Origin: an uncultured Nitrososphaerota archaeon
GTDB taxonomy: Archaea > Thermoproteota > Nitrososphaeria > Nitrososphaerales > Gagatemarchaeaceae
Direction: 5' to 3'
Length of the DNA stretch: 64,000 nt
Assembly (NCBI GenBank): GCA_963838925.1
Contig: CAWISW010000003.1
Span: forward strand, 224,001-288,000
A model generated the notes under the pieces. That model was not told the DNA's origin. It ran no database searches and saw only the letters and a list, made by a program, of their open reading frames with translations. A program made the position numbers and the translations under genes. Below, piece after piece: positions 56,387-64,000 of the stretch (positions are counted from its first letter, which is position 1; each line of letters opens with the position of its first letter).

Positions 56387-57117
56387 CCGTCGTCCTTTTC
56401 GATTGCGACCTCGGCCTTCCTCATCAGCGAGACGAGCAGGCCGAGCTCCTCGGCGCTCACGTCCGACTTGAGCGCCACCCTCCGCGCGACCTGGACGATT
56501 CTCTCGGCCCTGTGCTCTTGCATGCCTGACGCGATCGCGAGCTCGTAGGCGTACTTCGAGAAGGCCTCCCGCCTTTCCCTGGACGCACGCGTGACCGAGG
56601 GCGAGCTTTGCGCTCTCTCTCCCGCCAAAGTCCTTGAGGCCAAGTAGAGGAGTATCGCGACCGAGTGGCTGACGTTCAGCGTCCTGTAGCCGGTCCTGGT
56701 CTCGACCGAGGTGACCAGGTCGCACACCGCCAACTCCTCGTTTGTAAGCCCAGTCGTGTCCCTGCCAAACACGATCGACGCAGAGTCTGCGGCGACCGCG
56801 CGCGCGACCGCATCCTCCGGCCTGACCGTCGTCCTGCTCACGTTGGCGCGCCTACTCGCCCTAATTGCCGTCGTCGCGAGCAGAAGGTCGTGCGACTTCC
56901 TCACCTTCTGGAGGGTGACGACCTCGGCCCCGTCGAGCACGTCAGACCCGTGCGACGCGTAGACGGACGCGGCCCGCATGTCGCACTTGGGGTCCACGAG
57001 ATACAGCCTTTCGACGCCGAAGTTCTTCATCAACCGCGCCGTATACCCGAGGTTGACGGGGTACTCCGCTCCCACCACCGTCACGCTCAGAATCTCGCAG
57101 AGGCCTCTCAAGCCCAA
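56383..57117 (-). CDS. SPOUT tRNA methyltransferase (TrmJ/TrmH family)
   Basis: NLGYTARLMKNFG, FGRDTTGLTNEEL and LNVSHS. Confidence 0.9.
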   Translation of the reverse strand: MGLRGLCEILSVTVVGAEYPVNLGYTARLMKNFGVERLYLVDPKCDMRAASVYASHGSDVLDGAEVVTLQKVRKSHDLLLATTAIRASRRANVSRTTVRPEDAVARAVAADSASIVFGRDTTGLTNEELAVCDLVTSVETRTGYRTLNVSHSVAILLYLASRTLAGERAQSSPSVTRASRERREAFSKYAYELAIASGMQEHRAERIVQVARRVALKSDVSAEELGLLVSLMRKAEVAIEKDDG

Positions 57118-57124
57118 CCAGCCT

Positions 57125-57903
57125 TCAAGCTTGACCGTCTCGCCTTTCGACCCCTCGCGCGAGCACCGCCACCATCGCGAGGACGGAGTCGGGGCGAAGC
57201 GAGTTCACCCTGCACTGGAGCAGGGCGTTTTCGCCTGGGACGGAAGCGGAAGTGGGCGCCGGCAGGCCTAGGCTCTTTAGAGCGGCCCTCACGGTGCGCC
57301 TCTTCTGCGAGAATATCCTCTTGATCATCGCGATCTGTTCTGGGCCGAGGGTCCTCCTCCACCTCATTGTGACAATGCAGGAGTTCACGCGGGGCGGCGG
57401 GTCGAACGAGCTCCTACCGACGTCGGAGACTATCTCGACATGCGCTGATGCCTGGGAGATCACGGATACCGCCCTGTAGGCTGGATTGCCTGGCGCCGCG
57501 GTGATCTTGTCCGCGAAGTCCCGCTGGAGCAGCACTACGGCCCTGTCGTACCTCCTTCGCGAGAGCCACTCGACGAAGTGGCTCGACTCGGAGTAGGGGA
57601 GGCTCGAGAGCAGCACGTCGAACACCGGGGATGACTTGAAGGCGTCCTCGTTCCGGAGGACCAGAGACGATCCCGTCAGGTCCATCCTGAGCCTCTCGTA
57701 GCTCTCCCTGTCTATCTCGTAGCCCTCGACGTGGGCCGCCAACCTGACCAGCTCCTTCGTCAGGGCCCCCCCTCCCGTCCCTATCTCGAGCACCCTCTCG
57801 CCGCGCTTGACGCCCGCCAGCCTGAGCATTGAGCTGACGACGGACGGGTCGTTGAGGTAGTGCTGCCCAAGCGAGCGCCGCCGCGCCTTGGCGCGCCGGT
57901 CAC
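57125..57903 (-). CDS. rsmA: 16S rRNA adenine dimethyltransferase
   Basis: LGQHYL, VLEIGTGGGALT, SSLPY and FDPPPRVNS; 5' end uncertain (possible frameshift). Confidence 0.9.
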
Positions 57904-58457
57904 TTCTTGACGAAGATGTTGACCCTTGAGGCACCTGACAACTCTTCCGCAATCCGCTTTGCGACCAGCTTCGAAGGCTCGCGCAGGCCCACGCGGGCCT
58001 GGACGTCGTCGAACGAGGTGAACGGCTGCTTCTCCCTCATCTCCAGGATGGCCTTCATGAACGTCTTCCCAATCCCCGGAATCAGCTCCAGCCCGTGCAG
58101 GCGGGGCGTGAGTGGCTGCAACTCGTTGAAGTAGGCGACGTACCTGGCTTCGTTGCCCTTCACGATGATTTCGCATACGCCCAGCAACTGGGCCTTTGCC
58201 TCGGTGGTCAGATCCTCGTACGCGAGCTTCCCGAACACGCTGAGGATCTTGGCCCGCCCCTCCCTCCCTATCCTGAGCTTCTCTGCTGTCTCGAAGTCCT
58301 GGTTCTCCTCCGCCAGCAGCTCGAGCAGGGTGAGCCTCTCCTCCCCCAGCGCCTGAACGATTGGGCCCTCCCTGCCCTTGATTATCGAGGACTTACCTCT
58401 CGGGACGAAGTCAAGCACGTACGCAAATTCCTCATACCTCTTCTCCGGTGGAAGCAT
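57900..58457 (-). CDS. DUF655 family protein
   Basis: EEFAYVLD...LTLLEL...RLHGLELIPGIGK; conserved position after rpo4. Confidence 0.9.
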   Translation of the reverse strand: MLPPEKRYEEFAYVLDFVPRGKSSIIKGREGPIVQALGEERLTLLELLAEENQDFETAEKLRIGREGRAKILSVFGKLAYEDLTTEAKAQLLGVCEIIVKGNEARYVAYFNELQPLTPRLHGLELIPGIGKTFMKAILEMREKQPFTSFDDVQARVGLREPSKLVAKRIAEELSGASRVNIFVKK

Positions 58458-58514
58458 TTTTCCGCTATGACACCCCTTTTCAGGTTACACTTCGAGTATT
58501 ACGGAATAAGAAGG

Positions 58515-58566
58515 AAAAAAGGAGTGAGAGCTAAGCGACATGCGCCCTTCAGGTTCCAAAGGGCTC
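58515..58566 (-). terminator. Hairpin plus U-rich tract after rpo4 (candidate terminator or structured RNA)
   Basis: Minus strand GCCCTT-n9-AAGGGC stem-loop followed by CTCCTTTTTTCC. Confidence 0.35.
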
Positions 58567-58575
58567 CCTTGCTAT

Positions 58576-58917
58576 TTAATCTTTGGACTTTAGTATCTTC
58601 AGTATCTTTTCCAGGGTTTCCGTGGGAAGGAGCTTCCTCCACCCTGCCGTGAAGGTCCTGAGCTCCTCGATCGACTTCGGCATGATGTTGACCACCTCTG
58701 TGGCTTCCCCCTCGCTCAGGCCGCAGTCGCTCTCGAGCTGCTTCTTCAGCTTCCTCGCCGCCTCCGGGGTGCTCTTCGCGAACTTTGAAGTGTAATCCAG
58801 CGTCCTCTTCTGGATTTGGTCCGCCTTCTCCACGTCCAGCTTCTCAAGGATTTGGTGGGCTTCGCTGAGCGTGAGCATCTTCTTCTGCGGCGAGGGCGCG
58901 GCGACCTCTGCAGACAT
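58576..58917 (-). CDS. rpo4: RNA polymerase subunit Rpo4 (F)
   Basis: QKRTLDYTSKF...VNIMPKSIEELR; lies after rpl21e. Confidence 0.9.
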   Translation of the reverse strand: MSAEVAAPSPQKKMLTLSEAHQILEKLDVEKADQIQKRTLDYTSKFAKSTPEAARKLKKQLESDCGLSEGEATEVVNIMPKSIEELRTFTAGWRKLLPTETLEKILKILKSKD

Positions 58918-58919
58918 CT

Positions 58920-59210
58920 CTACGCCTTCGCCTCCATGAAGGGCACTATGTGCTCTTTTCTCGAGATGACCGTCTTGACCTTGTTTCCGACCATCACGTC
59001 GATTATGACGGCCCTTCGACCGCTCTCCTTGACAACTCCCACGAGCCCGTTGAACCTCCTGTGGGGCATCCCCTTGACTTGGGTGGAGTCAATCTTGATC
59101 ACGACTTTCTGCTCTGGCGCGTACTCAGTCAGTATGTGGCTGAGACCGGTCGACTCCCTCTTCCTCAGGAGGGAGCGGGTCCTGCGCCGATATCCGTGCG
59201 ACCTTGCCAT
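58920..59210 (-). CDS. rpl21e: Ribosomal protein L21e
   Basis: SHGYRRRTR and KGMPHRRFNG. Confidence 0.96.
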   Translation of the reverse strand: MARSHGYRRRTRSLLRKRESTGLSHILTEYAPEQKVVIKIDSTQVKGMPHRRFNGLVGVVKESGRRAVIIDVMVGNKVKTVISRKEHIVPFMEAKA

Positions 59211-59291
59211 AGAAGAACCGTTGCCGCCCCTCCACCCTCATTTAAAAGCTAATCCATGAACTAACCGTTTCCATAAGGTTTCAGCGAAGTT

Positions 59292-60398
59292 TCAACTCTC
59301 GTTGCCGGGTTTCGGCCAGACCCTCAGTATGTCGAACCTCTCGCACCTCAGCGGCATCCCCATGCTCTCGGAGAACGACGGGGAGACAGCCTCGCCCGAG
59401 ACGAGCCTCTTCACGGGGAGGCCCCCGTCCAGCTTGACGTCCGCGGTGATCGTCCTCCCCCGGGCGCTCGCCCTGACCGAATAGATCCTCTTGTCGACCA
59501 GCCTGCCTTTGTTGTTCCTGTATTGCACAAGGGCGCCCTTCATCTCCTTCTGAAGCCTCTTCAGGTCCTCCGCAGCGATTCGGCTGTCTGCTCGTATCAC
59601 CACCCGCGTCATGAAGTTGAAGGCGGGGTGCTCGAACTTCTTGGTGACGGCCCGGATTCCCGAGATCGTCATGCTGCCCCTTCCGGTCCTGAGCCTCAGG
59701 GCCTTCGGGGCGCGCCTCCTACGAGGGTTCTTCGACTCGATGACCAATGGACGGCCCGGGGGGAAGACCAGGCTGTCCGCGTCCTCGCTCCCGAACCACG
59801 TGAACTTGAACTTCCTCGAGCCGAGGATCACCCCGAGCCTCCTGGAGACGGCCCCCTCGACGCTTGGAGCGGCGGAGTAGCCGGTCCCCTTGCACCTCTC
59901 GCACCCCCTGCCGCCGCAGCCCTCGCAGAACAACATCCTCTGCGCGACCCCGCGCGGCTTCGTGTACCTGCCGTAGAGGAAGAGTGGCTTCGAGGAGACA
60001 GCGACACTCTGTGCGCCGATGTCCACGAGGACAGTGGCGTCAGGATGGAGCCGGTCTACCCTCTTGCGTCCTCGCATCCCCTTTACGACCGCCGCAGCGA
60101 GGCGGCCAGAGAGCTCCGACTTTACGGTCTCTCCGCCCCTTATCTTCAGCTCCGACCTCAGCGTGTCTTCCCGCTCTTGCACGCCTTGCGGGAGCATCAG
60201 CCCGATCGAGAACGTCTTGAACTCGAACCCGCCGAGACGGGAGATGACCTTCTGCGTGATCCCGCCCAGGTCGCTCGATATCCCGCCGCAGACGAAGCAC
60301 TTCTCCCCGTCCCCGGCGAGAGGGAGGACGAGCCCCCCCGCACCCTGCCTATCCCTGCAAAACCCACAAACTGGATACTCCGGGGCCTTCTCATCCAC
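59292..60398 (-). CDS. pus10: tRNA pseudouridine synthase Pus10
   Basis: GRYTK.RGVAQ, GSEDADS (catalytic region), GRP and GGLPVKRLVSG. Confidence 0.88.
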   Translation of the reverse strand: MDEKAPEYPVCGFCRDRQGAGGLVLPLAGDGEKCFVCGGISSDLGGITQKVISRLGGFEFKTFSIGLMLPQGVQEREDTLRSELKIRGGETVKSELSGRLAAAVVKGMRGRKRVDRLHPDATVLVDIGAQSVAVSSKPLFLYGRYTKPRGVAQRMLFCEGCGGRGCERCKGTGYSAAPSVEGAVSRRLGVILGSRKFKFTWFGSEDADSLVFPPGRPLVIESKNPRRRRAPKALRLRTGRGSMTISGIRAVTKKFEHPAFNFMTRVVIRADSRIAAEDLKRLQKEMKGALVQYRNNKGRLVDKRIYSVRASARGRTITADVKLDGGLPVKRLVSGEAVSPSFSESMGMPLRCERFDILRVWPKPGNES

Positions 60399-61728
60399 CC
60401 GGGACTTGACCTCCGGCTCTCCTCAGGAACTGCCTCATCTCCCGGCCCTTGCCCGACTTCATCATGCTCTTTGTCTGACGGTACCTCGCGATGAGCTCCC
60501 TCACGTCCTTCTCGGTCCTCCCCGAACCCTGGGCAATCCGCTTCACCCTCGGGGCGTTCAGCTTCTCTGGCGCGGCCCTCTCCTCGGCGGTCATAGCCTG
60601 GATTATGCTCTTCCACGTCTTCATGTTCTTCTCCGCCTTCTCCAGGTCCTCGCTCTTCATGTTCCCTGAGACGCCGGGTATCAGGTCCAGGATCTTCTTC
60701 AGCGAGCCCATCTTGTTCACCTGCTCGAACTGGAAGAGGAAGTCGTCCATCGTGAGCCTGCCCGTCACCATGCGCTGGACCCTCTTCTCGTCCACCTCGC
60801 CCTCTACCTGCCTCGCCATGTCGAGGAGCGCCTTGAGGTCGCCCATCCCGAGGAGGCGCCCCACGAAGCGGGTGGCCGAGAACTCCTCGAGGTCGTCGAC
60901 CCTCTCGCCCGTCCCGATGAAGAACACCTTCGCCCCGGTCGCGCCCACTGCCGCCAGCGCCCCTCCTCCCTTGGCGGCTCCGTCGAGCTTCGTGACTATG
61001 ATCCCTCCGACGGGCGAGGCCTTGTGGAACGCCGCCGCCTGGTTGAAGGCCTGCTGGCCGATGGTCCCGTCGACTACCAGCAGGTTGAGGTCGGGCTTGA
61101 CCTTCGAGAAGATCCTGCTCATCTCGTCGAGCAGGCTCCGCTCCTCCTTGTGCCTCCCTGCCGTGTCGATTATTATGAGGTTCTTGCCGCCGTCCACGAA
61201 GAAGCGCCTCCCCGCTTCCGCTACCTTCACCGAGTCCTTCTCTTTCTCCTCCGAGTAGACCTCGACCCCGACCACCCCTGCAATGGTCTTCAGCTGGGTC
61301 ACCGCTCCAGGCCTGAAGGTGTCCGCTGCGACGACCCCGACCTTGAACCCCTTCTTGGCGTAGAACCTCGCAAGCTTCCCCACGGTGGTCGTCTTGCCGG
61401 AGCCCTGGATGCCGAGCATCACGACGACCGTCGGCTTGGTCCTGTCGAGCTTGAGCTCCTGGTCGCCGCCGAGCAGCTTGTCGAGCTCCTCGTAGAGTAT
61501 CTTCACTATCTGGTTCTTCCTGTCCAGGCCAGCCGGAGGCTTCTCCTCGAGCGCCCTGCGCTGGACGTTCTCGGTCACGCTCAGGACGAGCTTCACGTTC
61601 ACGTCCGCCTGGATCAGGGCGCGCTGGAGGTCGCGTACGAACTCCTTGATGGCGGCCTCATCGACCACATCTCCCTTGAGCAACTTTGTTATTGCGTTTT
61701 GCAAACCTTGCCTGAGCGAGTCCAGCAT
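60391..61728 (-). CDS. srp54: Signal recognition particle protein SRP54
   Basis: GIQGSGKTT, DTFRPGA, DTAGR, TKLDG and M domain. Confidence 0.97.
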   Translation of the reverse strand: MLDSLRQGLQNAITKLLKGDVVDEAAIKEFVRDLQRALIQADVNVKLVLSVTENVQRRALEEKPPAGLDRKNQIVKILYEELDKLLGGDQELKLDRTKPTVVVMLGIQGSGKTTTVGKLARFYAKKGFKVGVVAADTFRPGAVTQLKTIAGVVGVEVYSEEKEKDSVKVAEAGRRFFVDGGKNLIIIDTAGRHKEERSLLDEMSRIFSKVKPDLNLLVVDGTIGQQAFNQAAAFHKASPVGGIIVTKLDGAAKGGGALAAVGATGAKVFFIGTGERVDDLEEFSATRFVGRLLGMGDLKALLDMARQVEGEVDEKRVQRMVTGRLTMDDFLFQFEQVNKMGSLKKILDLIPGVSGNMKSEDLEKAEKNMKTWKSIIQAMTAEERAAPEKLNAPRVKRIAQGSGRTEKDVRELIARYRQTKSMMKSGKGREMRQFLRRAGGQVPGG

Positions 61729-62021
61729 CGCGATACCCATTCCCGGCGACTTCGGGTTGCTTAAAAGATTGAGAGAATTCGATTCTCTGTATAGACGGAC
61801 ACAGATCAAGTAATGCGGATAGAAAGGTCAAGCGCGAGCTGGCTGCGGTAAGGAAGAGGTTGGAAGAGAAGGTCATCAAGGCTAGATGCTGCTTGAACTA
61901 ACTGGCCTATCAGCTGAATCAATTAATAGCGTGAAGCGACCGTTACCAGAATCCCGAATCTGGATACATAATTCACGCAAATCGTAAATAGGTCTGGCAG
62001 CATCTTTGACACGCATGATTC

Positions 62022-62384
62022 TTGACATTTGAAGAAGAATATTCTCTGGACCGAATCATGGCCCTAATACCAGTCGCTCTGCGGAGCCGTGTTCGCCGTC
62101 TCGCGCTTTCTGTTCTGATGAGAAGTGGAACCGGGCTTTCGATTTCCGAGATCGGTCGCGACTCCGGCCTCAGTCCAGGACAAGTTGTTGGCGCAATTCG
62201 TGGCGTGAAAGGCCAGTACGAACCTCAACTCTCGTTGATGCGGCTTCAAATTGTAAGTGAGACTATTTCGAAAACTCCAGGGCAGAGACAGCAGAAGACC
62301 TACAAGTTCAATGTGAAGAATCAAGACTTGCTAGATAGCATAGATAAAGTCCTCACACGATATCGGAGAGCGGGTGAGGGATAA
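62022..62384 (+). CDS. EarA-like winged-helix transcriptional regulator
   Basis: RSRVRR..L...SEIGR......VVGAIRG...Y....SL..L pattern of the archaeal EarA family. Confidence 0.6.
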   Translation: MTFEEEYSLDRIMALIPVALRSRVRRLALSVLMRSGTGLSISEIGRDSGLSPGQVVGAIRGVKGQYEPQLSLMRLQIVSETISKTPGQRQQKTYKFNVKNQDLLDSIDKVLTRYRRAGEG

Positions 62385-62523
62385 CACCGATTTCGGTCAT
62401 AATTGGAAATCCGGTGCAGCGAATCCGAGACCAGAATACCTGTTCGTATGGCTGACCATACAGCTGTACCGATAGCGGTAGCTCTTGTTTAAACAGCTCT
62501 CGCGAGAACAACAACTTGAGAGA

Positions 62524-63786
62524 ATGAAAAATCTCCGACCTCTCCGAAACGCCTATGCTAGCATACCGTTGCTCTTTCTGCTGGCAATATCTCCGATTGT
62601 AATGCTCTCAACACTTGGAGCATCGGCTGCAGGAGTTACGACCTCGGCATGCACCACACAAAAACTAGGCGCTGACATGCTTGACGCGGGAAACGTCGTT
62701 AGCTCACAGGCTGTGCAGAACTTGGCGTCTCAATCCTCACAGTACCAAGCAGCTGTTGCTGGGTACAACTCAACCTTCACAGGGTACGCTGACGAGTACA
62801 ACACTGACCCGACAAACTGCACTGTTTCCTGGCATGATGCCGCCGCCAACTTCCTGCTTCAAAGCACCAAAGGCAAGTACATCGTAGTCGTCGCGGAAGA
62901 TCCTAGACTAGGCATCGTCTACAGCGTGACCGAGCACGGGTATACCTCTGCTTCGATATCGCCGACGAACTCCACAACATATTCAGGTTATGCAATTGCA
63001 AACAATTCAGCTGGGTCGCAATCAATTGACTACTCTACAGCTTTTTGGTACATTCCAGACCTCTCTGGTCCTTCAGGCGCCGGGCAGCCGCATTGTCTTT
63101 GGAGTGTAGACACTAACACGGAATGCGATTTGAGTGTCTGGACCGGGCTGCAGAACAACACCTACAATGGCAATCCCAGAACTTTCACTGGGACGAACGT
63201 AGTACTTCAGACAGGAACGCAAGGCAATTACACGTGCAACCACGGCAACTGCTATGTTAAAGCCTGGGGTTGGAGTGAGTGGCTAAAGGCGGGCAATTCT
63301 GCCGCCACTCCGAGAATTTTGGATTGCTCTTTCGACATGAGTCAGGGAGACGGTATGAGCGCAGAGGTTGGAAGTCAATTGCAAATCAATGGTACATCTG
63401 GTAGCACGTACTATACAATCCTGATAGACGAGAGTCTAGACAGGTCTTGTCAAGCCGAGTACCTTAACTCAAGCTATCCGGTACCCACACCGTATTACGC
63501 CATGTTCATCGCAGAACGACCGCAACCCAACGCAAATTGGTTTGCCCTGCCTAAATTCGAAACATTCGAGTTCGAGGATGTAGGAATGGGCACCGGGTCA
63601 AGCCAATTTGGAGCCTACCCGAACTATAACAACAACTGGGGGTTCGGCAGCTATATGAAAAACATCAATACGACCACTAGTGTCTGGACTCCGGATACCA
63701 CAACATCCTCCATGAGCACAATGGGCGGAGGAAGTGTTTACGGTCAATTCACTGAAACATATGATAGCAGTCTTGGTACTTATTAG
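62524..63786 (+). CDS. Secreted glutamic endopeptidase (family G1/peptidase A4)
   Basis: Signal peptide; YSGY, SVWTGL, LQTGT (catalytic Q), WSEW, FIAERP (catalytic E) and LPKF. Confidence 0.8.
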   Translation: MKNLRPLRNAYASIPLLFLLAISPIVMLSTLGASAAGVTTSACTTQKLGADMLDAGNVVSSQAVQNLASQSSQYQAAVAGYNSTFTGYADEYNTDPTNCTVSWHDAAANFLLQSTKGKYIVVVAEDPRLGIVYSVTEHGYTSASISPTNSTTYSGYAIANNSAGSQSIDYSTAFWYIPDLSGPSGAGQPHCLWSVDTNTECDLSVWTGLQNNTYNGNPRTFTGTNVVLQTGTQGNYTCNHGNCYVKAWGWSEWLKAGNSAATPRILDCSFDMSQGDGMSAEVGSQLQINGTSGSTYYTILIDESLDRSCQAEYLNSSYPVPTPYYAMFIAERPQPNANWFALPKFETFEFEDVGMGTGSSQFGAYPNYNNNWGFGSYMKNINTTTSVWTPDTTTSSMSTMGGGSVYGQFTETYDSSLGTY

Positions 63787-64000
63787 GGCTAGCTGGCAGA
63801 GCCACTACTAAGAACGCTTAGCGTCAACGTTGGATAATCTCATTACCTTGAAGACCAAGAGGTACGGGAAACCTCTGCTGCTTCATTCCGTCGAGTCACG
63901 GAAAACCTTTAGCGCCGCGTAATCCTTGTTATCAGGCAGTGATCTCGCCACTTGAGGGACGACACTGTTTCGTCTAGGTCTGTTGCCACCCTCACTCTCA

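Noticed and set aside
55538-56725. 395-aa minus-strand ORF and similar long overlapping ORFs
   Set aside because: GC-rich shadow frames of well-supported genes.
61791-61901. Short basic frame ...DRKVKRELAAVRKRLEEKVIKARCCLN
   Set aside because: No canonical start codon and no recognisable family; insufficient support.
1-64000. CRISPR array, IS element, integrase or rRNA
   Set aside because: No regularly spaced repeats, transposase/integrase motifs or rRNA sequence seen.

Overview
GC-rich archaeal chromosomal DNA, most likely a non-ammonia-oxidising Nitrososphaerota (Thaumarchaeota)/TACK lineage, judged from PolD, Elf1, ThyX, CofE, Alba and BHB-type tRNA introns. The window spans a probable replication origin: cdc6/orc1 with three ORB boxes at about 22.8-23.1 kb, flanked by DP1/DP2. 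It also holds core information-processing clusters (PCNA-priS-GINS, TFS-rpo11-csl4-dph2-L10e, L44e-S27e-aIF2a-nop10, srp54-pus10-L21e-rpo4-ksgA), a PadR-linked tandem ABC exporter, gcvT/H, aglB and six tRNA genes. The most striking observation is three heavily interrupted tRNAs reconstructed by hand: tRNA-Met(CAT) with four BHB introns, and tRNA-Pro(CGG) and tRNA-Ser(CGA) with three each. Other leads are an oriC-linked cluster of uncharacterised DNA-binding genes (one membrane-anchored) with two families of short DNA repeats, a decayed island carrying a tandem LAGLIDADG-like gene, an NTase/phosphoesterase pair, non-canonical start codons, and several single-base frameshifts that may be assembly errors. 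All family calls come from motif recognition by eye; no searches were run.
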